A stretch of DNA of 64,000 bases. Origin: Rhodosorus marinus CCMP1338 (taxonomy: Eukaryota > Plantae > Rhodophyta). Made by a program: the position numbers and the translations under genes. Of this stretch, positions 21,290-33,322 are shown one piece after another. Numbering within the stretch: the stretch's first letter is position 1; each line of letters begins with the position of its first letter. The notes beneath the pieces are model-generated. The model was not told the DNA's origin, did no database searches, and was given only the letters and a program-made list of their open reading frames with translations. The DNA lies in contig JAMWBK010000006.1 of the NCBI GenBank assembly GCA_029953675.1, positions 2,294,001 to 2,358,000 of the forward strand. Reading direction: 5' to 3'.

Positions 21290-22465
21290 CTTGATCTCCC
21301 TTTTCCCCGTTTAAGAAACTCCTCAAAGCAAACCTCGCCCTTCAAACTTCAAAACCTCATCTAAACTCGTCCCTTCCCAACCGCAAACCCACACTTCAGT
21401 GATTCAAAACCCTTCAATTCTAATCAAAATTCCGTTTTCTCAGATCTCATTTAAACCTTCGGACTATCCTCGTCATCACACGACTGTCCAAACCCGTTCT
21501 CCGACAAACAGTTAAACTACACCGGAACCCTTCCAGACCTCCCTCCCTCGTTTGCTCTACCTCTTCAGATCAGACACAGCTAATCTCAATATGCTTGTGA
21601 AAAACTTCAATTGCCTTAATGCTTCATGGAAGACGTTTGCTACTCTCTACCAACCTTCCCTCTCTCCCCACCACTACCACCACCACCACCATTCCACCTG
21701 CCCCAAGAGCTACTACCCCGACCTCACCACCTCATTCCAAACATATTTATTTCAAAGACCAGCGACCGTTTTCAAGGAATCTCTGTTCGCTGGTCGGGAT
21801 TAGGAATGTGTATCAAGTAGAGGGGCACTTGGGTGTCAAGATACGACCTTCGATGCTTCGTCATATAAGACCCTTTTTGAAACAATTCCCTGGATTATCA
21901 CAATCAGAGCCAGTGGAAACACCTGGTAAAGAGGATGTTGTTCTCTTTTAGAGGGCACGTTCTCGTCCACATCCACTTCTGCACTTGGTTATGTTGCTGT
22001 GTCGATTAGGGTGTCTCGGAATGGTTTGAGGGTGGTACTAGTCTTTGGACAGTTGAGCAGACCTGTTGTGATGGAAGAAGTTCATTGTTACTAGCGTATT
22101 CCGTGAACGAAATTCATTTTGAGTGAACTGGGGGGACAGAAAGGTGCAGATCGACCTAGTAGAATGTTAGGATTGATTTACGACCACTGTTTCGCGGGTC
22201 GAAATTTTCAGCTCAGAGGAGGGGAGGCCTGGGGCATGCTAACTCCAAGTAGAAACATTCTTTACGTACTCTTAGCTGTATCCCGATTGAGCCGCGTTAG
22301 ACGGAATCACTGGAGGTTGATTGCAGCGAGGGGGCTTTCCTTTGTACTTCGCATCAAGAGCAAGCTCTCGTTTGCTATGGTATGAGCCTTTTATTTCAAA
22401 GGACACAAGCTCTATTTACACCAGAAATTCCAGGGAGCTGCAGGACGAACAACGCTTGAGCCAAT

Positions 22466-23906
22466 CTAGGTCCACTTATACATCAGGTTCTGGTCTACAA
22501 CGCACGGTCCGACCAACTTCCGATATTGCTCGTCCCAGAGTCGCAAGGTTTTCTCGTCCGCGACCCATTTCAGGCTGTCTTTTCCCTTCTGTTCAATCGA
22601 GTTATCGCGCGCATGCATAGATTCTACTCGAGGAGGTAGGCCTGAGAGCACCAAAACAATGACCATTGACACTCGGTGAGTTTTCACCTTCCAGTGAAAA
22701 GTCGAAAACTTAGTCTGGCGTTCATTACCCGTTCCAACGAAAGCTGCGATCTTCTCATACTGCTCAACACCGTTGAGCTGAAGCAGAGATTCCATTTGCA
22801 CTTCCAGATAGTCAAATGCATATTCCCTCTTCAGTGACTGCCAGCGGCATTCTGTATCGTCCACGAGCCTAATGCAGTTCGCCAACTCGATTGAGTGGTT
22901 CCCTTTCAACTTGCATGCAAAGCGTCGAACTCTACAGAGTCTCATCCGTATCGAGATAGCTTACCATAGGTACCTTTGGAAGCGGTTGAAGCTGTTCCAG
23001 ACGCGTTGGTCTGGTCTTAATTTCACATGGACATCTGAAGGACGCGGAAACCACCTATGTTCGTTGTTTTGAAAGTCATTGCTGGTTTTGCTCAGTTCAA
23101 AACGTCAGTCTTAGTGAGAACTGAGCCCTGTCAGTTGAGCTTACCTCCTGCTCAGGCTTTCTGAGTCTTCCGACCAAGGATCTTCTGATTCTGGACCAAG
23201 CGCCATGAGGCTTAGGGCTTGCTGTATTCTATCCCGACGGATTCGAACGACGGCAAAAGTTTTGGAGCCAAGGAGTTTGAGTAGAATCGGTGCCATACCA
23301 AAGGCGAGAGGGACATGCCCAGTTTGAAAGTAAACTTTTGCATCATCGGCTGCTTGAAGCCGTGATTTTATCATCGGCAGTTTCACCTCAGACAGAAACT
23401 CTCTCGCTAGTTCAGTATCGTTTGTCGCCGCAAAAGGACGGTAGAATTTGTTCACGGCCTCTTTGGCAGAGACTGAATCAGCCTCGTCTTGATGGTTCAC
23501 CAAAGCTTCTTTTCCTCCAAAAACAGAGGAGAAATGCTTTGTACCCGTACGCCCAGTACTAAACACGAAGACAAGCTTCTTTCCTTCAAATTCCGCCTTA
23601 CAAATACGATCAGAGCAGAGCTTGCATCAATTTTCAGTAAGACAATGAGTGCACGCGGGTTTCGAGAGATGGGGAGGAGCCAACCTTCAAACTCGGTGCT
23701 ACGAGTCTCCTCGAAGGATCTATCGCTGCTCTATCAAAAGCTGCGTTATTAGACCGACAGAAGTGCACGGATCTTCCAAGCGCGAGCAAAAGAATAAAAC
23801 ACGCAGCCGGCCACACTAGGTTGAACTTCGATCGAGGAGGTGGTGGGGGATGATCCTTGAATCCCCGCTCTGAGCTCCTTGATGCCCCCCTGTTCCGCCG
23901 AAACAT
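22466..23906 (-). CDS. Type II membrane, sulfotransferase-like protein, multi-exon
   Basis: Short basic N-terminus and one TM helix (LVWPAACFILLLALG). After the first intron comes LVFVFSTGRTGTKHFSSVF, resembling the 5'-PSB loop, and later FAVVRIRRDRIQQALS, resembling the 3'-PB motif. Three GT-AG junctions keep the frame; the last junction is uncertain. Confidence 0.7.
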
Positions 23907-24662
23907 GTTCAATAAAGCATAAAAATAAAAGAAGCAGGACAAAATCCAAGCTCTTCCCAACACTGCCTCAAGCAAGCGACTCCAAAATCGTAAATGAGTG
24001 ATCAGTCCAGTTCAGAAACCCAACAGCGTTGGGTCTTTAACTCCCTCCCCCCACCAAAACCCTTATGTAGCAGTGGGATCTCGCCCTCCCTATATGCCAA
24101 ATATTCTTCTCCTAGTTCAGTTTTCAGGAATCCTGAGAACCTGAAAAGAAACAACATAAAATGTAATGGACTGTTAAACAGCTTGATCAACCGCTAGGCA
24201 GGGCCACACTGTCCTACTCGAAATTCCTCTCTATTGACAACCGTCATCAAACGACTATTCGAAAACGACACAAAACAGTTCCGAAGCTGACAGTCGTATT
24301 TTTGTTCATATATTCAAGTCAGAACCGACAATGAATTTGACTGATGTTCAATCAATATTCAGAAATTGGTTTTTACGTTTTTTTTTTGAATGGGGAGGAA
24401 GCGTTGACTGTTGTTAGGGCCTCTTCAAATCGATCGGCCAGTTGCTTTGATGATTGTATGATTCTAATTGCTGGTGACTGGAGGGGCAAAGGAGTTATTC
24501 CGCACTGGGAGGAGGGTGTCAGATGGTCGCAGGTTGAAGTTGTACTCTGGTAGGGGAGGTAGGACAACAGGACTTGTTAGGATTCTCGAGTGCAGGACTC
24601 TTTCAAAATTGGCTCATATTCGCAGATGGGCTTGAAGTTCTATGATGTTCTGCTCTCGTTGA

Positions 24663-26429
24663 TCAAGCACGTGGTACTATCGCTGCCGAGGAGTCCCGCG
24701 CGCTGATGGTTTTGGCTACTTTGGACCTCCGTGCTTCACCCTGCGGTCGGATGTGATCTGTTAGCAACGAAAAGAACAAATTCGTACAAGAATCGACACC
24801 CCACCTTCACTTTGCCCGGTAGAGCCGAGGGTTTCAAACTAGCATTTCCGAGCTGACCATACTCATTAGCTCCACATGAGTACAAGCGCCCATCCGTCGA
24901 TATTATTTGCGTATGGTTTGCACCAGCAGAAGCGCTCGTTGCACGTTTCCCCGTACCATCGAAGCCCTGGACGGCATGAACTGAGGCAAAGTGGATGAAA
25001 TTGTGATGTCCTAGTTGTCCCCACCTTCCAAGGCCAGTAGTGAACACAGTTCCTGGACGTTGTTATAAGGCTATTCAGTTTCCAGTGAGAACGACATCCG
25101 ACTGATCTTCAATTCATGCTCACCATCTTCAACCACTGCAACCGTGTGCTCTCCACCACAGTCGACGTCGTGAATCTTTTTCTTTCCAAGCTTTTCCACA
25201 ATTGTTGGCAACACCACATTCTTGTCTGAAACAGTATTTGACATGAACCAATAACGAAACACCAGGCAGTAGGCGTTGAGCTTTGATCCCTAAAAAAAAG
25301 CGGAAAGAGCGCATCTCCTACCTGCTAACAACCACGGCTCTTCGGCATGCCCGGCCTGGCACCACTCATCGGAACCACAGGTCCAGAGCTTCCCCGACCT
25401 AATTGCATGGGAGCCGATCCCAACTAGGAGTCAGCATACTTGAGCCGCGTACCGAGATGTCTCGGGGAAACGCTTACTTGTCTACAATCGCAGTATGTTG
25501 ATCACCACATGACGCCTTCTCAACCTCAACGTGTTTGGGAAACCCTGATCGCCACAGGCACGTCAAACGGTCAACATTACAAGAATCTTCCGTTTTCTAG
25601 ATTAGCGGGTATTGATGCTCCGTACTCATTCTTTTCGGGAATCCCTGGGCTTCGTCTGACTTTCCTCCATGTCCAAGCTGGCCGCACTCATTCTTCCCCC
25701 AGGCAAAGGCTTCCCCTATGCTTGAAATTGCGACACTAGAAACAAAGCAAGCATACGGAGCGTGGGGCGTCAAAGTCAGCTGCGGCGTGCTGGTACATTG
25801 TTTCCCGGCTGAATTCAACACGCTAACCAATGACCAGTCCCACACGTGACGTCGACGATCGTTGACCTGCTATGTTCACCGTCAAGGGTTGTGGCAGCAC
25901 CCCAATCGTCTGAATCACCGTTTGCATCCTTTGAAATGCTCATAAGATACCCTCTGTTGGTTGTCACTAGCACCTGGCAGCACACGTCAGCACGTATTGA
26001 TCATCAGCTAGCGGTTCGCTGAGAAGGACAGGGAAGCAATTATCGTGGAATAGACGCTACCTCATCGTTAGGCGTGACAGCAACAGACGTTGCTCTAGCT
26101 TTGATCGTTGTCAGCTTTTCCGCTTCAGCCGCATACATTGTGTCGGAGTCTTTGTGTCTGGAGATCGCATACACGCTGCCACTTGCATCGATCGCGGCAC
26201 CGACAGCACATCCGAGCGCTGCGTCGCGAACCAATGGTAAATCCTTTACATTTCGAGGGAGTTTCACTGCTGTCGTGCCTCCCCCAAAGCAATCCCCAGT
26301 ACCACCGCCCCACACAAGCAGCTCTCCAAGACCAGTCGAGTTCCGATCGCAGTACGCTGTCCAACTCATACATGCACATCCCAGAGTCGCACTCCCTAGG
26401 CCAAGGACCTTTCTCAAAACTCGAACCAT
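24663..26429 (-). CDS. RCC1-repeat (beta-propeller) protein, possibly organelle-targeted, multi-exon
   Basis: Repeated RCC1 motifs: AFAWGKNECGQLGHG, VDCGGEHTVAV, GLGRWGQLGH, ASAGANHT and LYSCGANEYGQLG. Confidence 0.85.
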
Positions 26430-28184
26430 TTTGTAATAAAACCTGAAAGTACCCTGGTCTCAGCAACGATTGATGACATGCAACCACTTCATCCACTCAT
26501 CACCTGCGATATATAGGTCAACGGCGAGATCCACATGTAAATATCCATCTCTACTTCATTTAGCCGTGTCCTGGATACCAAGGCTGGGGAATACCTTTTG
26601 GGAGTTTTTGTTCAATAGGGTACCATTTTCCAGTGTAAGAAGGTCCTGCGCCAACTCAAACCTGTCCAAAGAGGTTTAGAGTCTCCTGCGGTTGAATAAT
26701 TCTGTGCCGGACCAAAATTCTAGGATCGGATGCCTTTCGCCTGGAGGGAGTCGCGTCTCTCCGCGTTTGGGAAAATCGAGAGCACGAGGGCGCTGTGGGG
26801 GGGGGGGGCGATACTAGGATAGAAAATATCGCAGAAGTTTTGGATGAGCGTGCATGCCGTGCCCGTCTTGCACCTCATCGACTTGCCGGATGGGGATATG
26901 AAAAACTTGGATTCAACTGAATTCAGGCAAGCTCAACACGATCGCATGGTTGTTCGGCATAGCTGACGCTTGAACTTTGATCACACATAATCGCTTTAGT
27001 TTCACTGTTTACGGATCCCTATCTAGGTCGTACTAAAACCTTTCAACTCCGGAACCACTTGCTCAGTGTTCCCGTACCCGCAAGCGCTCTCAGGGCGGGT
27101 TGATGAGAGAGTTCCAAGGTATTTTCAGCACAAACGTGTGCCTGTTTCTGCATCAATAGTTATGCTCTCTAAAAAAAAGGAGCTGAGCGCACCGCGCTTT
27201 GCGAGCAGATCGATCCCTGTAAAAGAGAATCATCGTCGAAACACTGCTACTGTATGTACCATTCTCAAAAGCACGAAGCTACCCACCCAAAATCACAGTA
27301 CACGCAAGCGGTTTGTACAGACCGACAAATATGTTTATTAAATATAATTTAACCGTGCATCGTATTGTGGAATTTATTTTTTTCTAGTGCCGTCCGCGGG
27401 GGGCGTCCGTGTTTTTTTCATTCGCAGTACGGGAATGAGAAAAAAACCTTCTTAATATTATGCAAATCATGTACTTTTCAGTAAGAACGGAAGCACAGGA
27501 CTGATATCACTCTAGGTATGGGACCCTTCTTTAGGATAGTTATAGTCTTTATTTAGATTAAAAACTTTAATTTAGTCCTATATTCAAAATTACTTTAACT
27601 ATTCAAATATTATTAGACATATTCAGCTCCTAAAATGTTTTAGTTGGTTGTTAGGTTTAATGGATGTAAACGGCGATGACGACAATGGCAGAATGCAAGA
27701 TGGATGCACAGATACCACACCCCCCGTACGAAGAGCACGATATTGTGACCGGTGTCAAAATATGGCGAAAATGGTATCATTATTAAGCCTTTTTGTGTTC
27801 TTAGGCGATTTTCATCCACACAGGTTGTGAACGTGGAGAATGGGGTTTGGGGAAGAGGGAGATTATGAGATTGGGACATTAGGAGGGTTCTCTAGCAGAA
27901 AAGTAGGGGCGGGATGTAGTTGAAAATGTTCGGCAGTGAAGGGATTCTCTGAGTATATCTTCGAGTAGCAGATTTTTTAACGTTTTGTATATGGAAACCG
28001 CTGGGGTCCCTGGGGGTACTAGATGCTAACGATATTGAGCGAGATGTGGGTTTGCCGACGTGTGTTACGAGCGGGGTAGGAGGGGCTTGTTTTGCCGAAC
28101 TAGGAGGGGGGAAACTATTTAGGGTTTTGGAAACAAGAAACTCTCCTTCTTTGTTCCTTGGGGTTCACTTACATCTGTGTTAGA

Positions 28185-31100
28185 ATGGTAAGGATTCAAA
28201 TGACTTTGTTTATCGGTGCTAGTTGGTCATGCGTTGCTTACTCCATAGTCTTTTGTTGGTTACTAGGGTATTCCCAAGTTTTATCGATGGCTGTCAGATC
28301 GGTACCCGCTGATCAGTCAGACTTTGGACGAGTCTCACGAGTTTGATAACTTCTATTTGGACATGAACGGCATTATTCATCAATGCACTCATCCGAACGA
28401 TGACGAGGTCGTCGAAACAGATTTTGAGGCAATGCTTCGCGCAATATTTAATTATACTGATAGGTGAGAAGAAACGTCTTAGTGGATGGATCATAAGAAG
28501 TCCTGGTTGTTCATCGAGCTCCTCAACGTATTTTGACCGCGCAAACGTGTTCTGTCCCTCCACGACAAAACCCAGACTTTATCGGATTGTCCGTCCAAGA
28601 AAGCTCCTGTTTTTGGCTATAGATGGTGTCGCGCCTAGAGCGAAGATGAACCAGCAGCGGAGCAGACGTTTTCGCAGTGCCAAGGACAATGAACGTGTTC
28701 TTGCAGAGGTGCGCATACTTGCCATCCCCCCCTGTGATTGGACCCGTAGGAGTCGAAATGACAAGATTTCTGAAAACTTTAGTTGTGCTCTACCTTGGAT
28801 TGATGAAAAATAGGCGATTGCGAAGGGAAAGAGTGTTCCGAAAGAAAAACCGTTTGACTCCAACTGCATCACTCCTGGGACTCAGTTTATGCTCGAGCTT
28901 AGCAGAAAGTTCAAGGTAACCTGATTCTGAACGCTCAAATTTTCCCCTTGTCTTTGCGATGAAGTTCGTGCTCACCCTTTCCGCGATGAATTTGCTTTTT
29001 GCTAGTCATGGATCAACTACAAGATGACGACAGATCCCGCCTGGCAGCAAGGTTGCGAAGTTGTTTTCTCAGGATCTGAGGTGACTTACACGCGCCAGTG
29101 GCATGCTGATCTTAAACGTCTTGTTTTCGTAAGCTGCGAGGGTCACCAGAGCTAATCGCCTTGTCTGCATTAAACATTGGATCAGGTTCCGGGCGAAGGC
29201 GAGCATAAGATTATGGATTATATTCGGGACTGGAGGGCGTCAGATGACTGGATACCGACTAGGAAGCACTGTATGTACGGATTGGATGCGGATCTGATTA
29301 TGCTAGGGCTGGTGACTCATGAACCTCATTTCACTCTTCTGCGCGAGAGGATGAAGTGGAGGGGAGGTCGAAGAAGGTGCGCAGAATGCCGAATCTGGCC
29401 ACCCACTTCGGTTAGAGACCTTAGCGTTATTTTTGCTTACACTCCGCCGTTGTTGGTCCGAAAACGTGCAGAGTACCGGTGATGAAGGGGGACATGTCAG
29501 ACGCTGCGGAGTTTGAGCTTCTGGAAATATCACTGCTTAGGGACATGCTGTACCTCGAGTTTCGACCGCAGGGTACTCGAGCGCAGCCAAGACGTGGCTA
29601 CTCAGGATCCACTCAGCAGCCTCCTCTTAACGCGAAGAAGCTATCATTTAAATATGAAGCCATGCGAGTAGTAGACGATTTCGTGTTTATGTGCATGCTC
29701 GTGGGAAACGACTTTGTGCCGCATATTCCACATCTTGATATTGCCGAAGGAGCACTTAACTTAATGTTCAGATCGTATAAGGAGCTCATGCCTACCTGGG
29801 GTATGCCCCAATTCACCCCGGGGGGGAGGAGGGGTGGGGGGGAGGACTGAAGTGAGATTCTAAAATTTGGTATTTTTTCCTGCTTACAGGAGGCTATCTC
29901 ACCGATTTGCACCGGCTGCATCCCCAACGTCTTGAGAGCTTTTTCGAAGTCATTTCGGAACCAGAGGAGGACTTTTTCCACCAGCGGGGTCTGGAGGAGC
30001 AACAACCGATGTACGAAGCGAGCAAGTACAGGTCGTTCTATTACAAGTCAAAGCTGGACATAGATGCTGATGATGAACAGAGCATGCGCCGGCTGGTTCT
30101 CAACTTCGTCGAGGGTCTCCACTGGGTCTTGCAGTACTACCACAATGGATGCCCGAGCTGGAATTGGTAAGAGGCAGATGCCTGAAGACAATTTAGATTG
30201 GGATGCAAGATTACCCACATTTCTCGTCAAACGGCATGTCACCTCTGCTTCCGGTTGCAGGTACTATGAAACCTTTTACGGCCCTCTTGCCAGCGATCTG
30301 AGAGACCTAAAATCGTACCGCGTACGGTTCCGAAAAGGAAAGCCTTTCAGGCCTCTAACTCAGCTTCTAGCGGTACGTTGACTCGACAGCGGGGGACCCC
30401 GGCTCGAGCTGGGTTGATATGAGTATTTGACTCACTGATGGATACAACGCCGAAACAGGTTTTACCTCCAGAGAGCTCGGACTTCCTGCCGAAGCCCTTC
30501 AAGGAGCTAATGACTATGCCCGAGTCGGAAGTGTTGGAATTCTACCCGAAGGAATTCCAAATTGACTTCAACGGAAAGAAAAATGCATGGGAAGCAGTTG
30601 TCTTGATTCCGTTCATCGATGAAAAGCGACTGCAGTCGGCAGTGAGGCAGATAGACCCATCAAGGATTAGCCCTGAGGAAATGAAGAGAAATCGACTCGG
30701 TGAGTTTGCGAGTCTCGTCCATTGTGGTCCGTGTGCAACAACTTCTTTCTAACAAAGCAACGATTTCAACGTTTTTTTACCTTCTCCGTAGGCAAGGAAC
30801 GCAGGTTTTTGCCCGAGAACTATCCACGATGTACAAGAAAAATCTCACCCGTGCGTCCGGAGATGAGAAACCCGCTGAGAACAGAGAGGTACGGAATCCT
30901 GTTGTCTCTAGCGATAGCAACGTCGACAGCATCCATTCTGAAGCTGAACGCGGTGATTTTCTTACAGGACGAAGAATAAATCCTCCAAGATTCGCTCAAA
31001 GGCCAAGCAAATCGAGGAACAAAACAAACCTCCTTTCAACAGCAAATCTCGACCAAAAAATCGACCAACGGCACAATCCAAGGACGATGCTGGGAGAGAA

Positions 31101-31316
31101 CAACCACCACCACGAAGGCCGAAGGGAGATTCTTCACCTCGATCTCCGAACAAGCCACTCAAGAAATCTCCGGATGGTGAGGACCCTCAAGCACAGTCTC
31201 TTGACTACGTGGAAATGTACTCCTACAAAAGCGTAGCTAACCTCCTCTATCGCTCCGTTGTGAAATCTACAGAGAAAGCATCGGATATAAGCAATTCTTC
31301 CGACACTGATACCTGA
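28185..31316 (+). CDS. XRN1: 5'-3' exoribonuclease, XRN1-like, compact form, multi-exon with ATG-only first coding exon (3' end approximate)
   Basis: [110 protein letters not shown] and [18 protein letters not shown]. Confidence 0.9.
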
Positions 31317-31796
31317 GAGAGCGAGAACTCGTAGCAAGCCGAGGTTCAGACCGCATCCGGAGCTGAGCCCTCTTTCAAACGCGTGAAGTATCGTTCGAAG
31401 TCGCTATCGGGCCAGATTAGGCGTTTATGGTTAACCAGGAGTCCTTCCATCGGCGAGAGCTCGAGCTGAGTTTGTTTGTTCACGAGACTGGTTGTACTTG
31501 TGAATCCGTCCAGAGTCTATACCTAGATCCGCACTGATGGAGATCTGTGGCGTCAAGTTAGTTTTATGGGTGGATTCGATTGTAGCGGAGTTGAATGCTC
31601 TTCGTGTGTAGTGTGTATTGCCATGAGACTGGAAATCGGGGATTTCATTGGAATGAGGATACGGGGTTTGCAGCGGAAGATTCATCCCCGCTTGGGAGTT
31701 AGAGGGGTTCAGAGGGTCAGGAAAAATTACACAAATATTAGATCAATTTATCACGTTGAAAGAAACCATCCTAATCCTAGTCGTATAGCCTTTGCC

Positions 31797-32246
31797 CTAT
31801 TTAGTTTTCTTGGGTTCCTTTTCCTGGTCAATGGCTTCGCTCTCTTCTACGGCTTTTGAGGTATCCTCTTTGGCGCCCGGCGGTAGAGTCGCTGTGGAAG
31901 CTGTAACTGTGGTGGTTGCTGTAGTTTGTACGCTAGACTCGGATTCTTCTCTTTCTCGATGTGCTGTCATAGCCGAATCCTCCTTGAGGGCCATGACCAC
32001 GAACATAACCAAGATAATGTTAACTACAAGCACCGCCGAGAGCGCTCCGACGGTCGTAGCGCCATGCTTATTTTCAGCCAAGCCAAGCTTGCCCAATACG
32101 CTCCGTCCATATTCTCCGTCCACCCCCTGAAGGACCCCGAAAAAAGTCGCGATAGGAAGCACTATAAGGGCAACCGAGAACTTCACAAACTTCTCCAAAA
32201 CAGGACGATTCGATTTCTCATCCACTATCGCCCTCATACCATCCAT
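31797..32246 (-). CDS. VMA21: V-ATPase assembly factor VMA21-like ER membrane protein, 149 aa
   Basis: Two TM helices (FSVALIVLPIATFF and GALSAVLVVNIILVMFVVMALKED) and a C-terminal di-lysine ER-retrieval motif KKTK-stop. Confidence 0.8.
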   Translation of the reverse strand: MDGMRAIVDEKSNRPVLEKFVKFSVALIVLPIATFFGVLQGVDGEYGRSVLGKLGLAENKHGATTVGALSAVLVVNIILVMFVVMALKEDSAMTAHREREESESSVQTTATTTVTASTATLPPGAKEDTSKAVEESEAIDQEKEPKKTK

Positions 32247-32311
32247 CGTGCCCGTTCATAAGCGAAACTTTGATCAACAGAGATTGAAAGCACGAAGCAG
32301 GAACATAGACA

Positions 32312-33250
32312 TCACATCTGCGGCATCGTCTCCAACGCACACACTCCCTTTATAACGACTTCCGGGGTTTGGCCCCCCGGAAGTCTGCTGGTGACTGAGT
32401 GTGCCCCCAATATGAATCCATTTTTTGAGGGGTAGGAGGGGGAGAGGCGGCTCAAGTTGCGACTGATTGTGTCCATTCCATCTTCTACACCAAAAGAAAG
32501 CTTCAAGATTCTTGCCAAGCTCGCGGACGACCTTTTCAACCACGCCAAACCAGCTCGTCGACTCCGGCGATCGATATCATATGGGATGCCCCAGGTACTG
32601 GGGTCCGGACAGCCATTTCGGACCGCGGCGACTGCAATTCGCCAGACTTCTGCCGTTTCGCTCATTAGGAGTTAATCCCAGAGACGTCGTCGAGCATAAT
32701 CGTTGACAGTTGATACGTTTCCTTCTTAGCCGGTGGACTGCATTTGCCTCCGACGGAACGCTTCAAAGGAGGACAGAAGTCTTGACATGAAGAAGCGTGC
32801 AGCGCCTCCGGAAACGAAGTAGCTCCGCAGCGCCTTGTTGAATTGAAGAGCAGGATAAGTGCTGGGCAAGTACCTGCGATGTGGACGCTCCGGATTACAA
32901 GAATCTACCAGCTGCCATGCCGGGCGCTCGACAACAAATCTCTCTGGGGAGTCAACGAAATCAGATTGTGCTCAAAAAAAATGCATGCTACACAAACGCG
33001 AAGACGGATTGCAAAGCTTGCCGTGTCCCGCCCTGCTCCGTGCGAATCGTATACGAAAACTTTTTACATAATAGGTACTCCAATACGTGCTAAAACCTGC
33101 AGGGCTGGTACAGGGTACCTAGTAAGGCTCCTTAGCAGCTCCTGGTCTACTCCCGACTGAAACGACTAGTAAATCTCGCTGAAGTCGAGACCTTCCATAC
33201 GCTCTCCCGACGCTCTGACTTCGGTTATATCCCCAGTCCGAAGTTAGAGA
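32312..33250 (-). CDS. Hypothetical multi-exon protein (5' end uncertain)
   Basis: A 117-codon terminal ORF (32665-32312) joins in phase to upstream segments through GT-AG junctions (...ERPHR/SVPSEANAVHRLRRK/QVWRIAVAAVRNGCPDPSTWGIPY...). No family recognised. Confidence 0.4.
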
Positions 33251-33322
33251 GCGCAAAACAAACATGAACGAAATATTGTGAACAGCTTCTAAAGCTGCTC
33301 GGAAAGAAAACACTTGCAGAAT

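Noticed and set aside
21552-21951. Pro/His/Thr-rich plus-strand ORFs
   Set aside because: They are explained by the C/A-rich skew (CCA/CAC runs) of the leader of the minus-strand ARID gene.
27413-27460. CATTCGCAGT (U14 domain A-like) within a small T/A-flanked hairpin
   Set aside because: There is no box C, box D or intact domain B, and the short hairpin is expected in AT-rich sequence.
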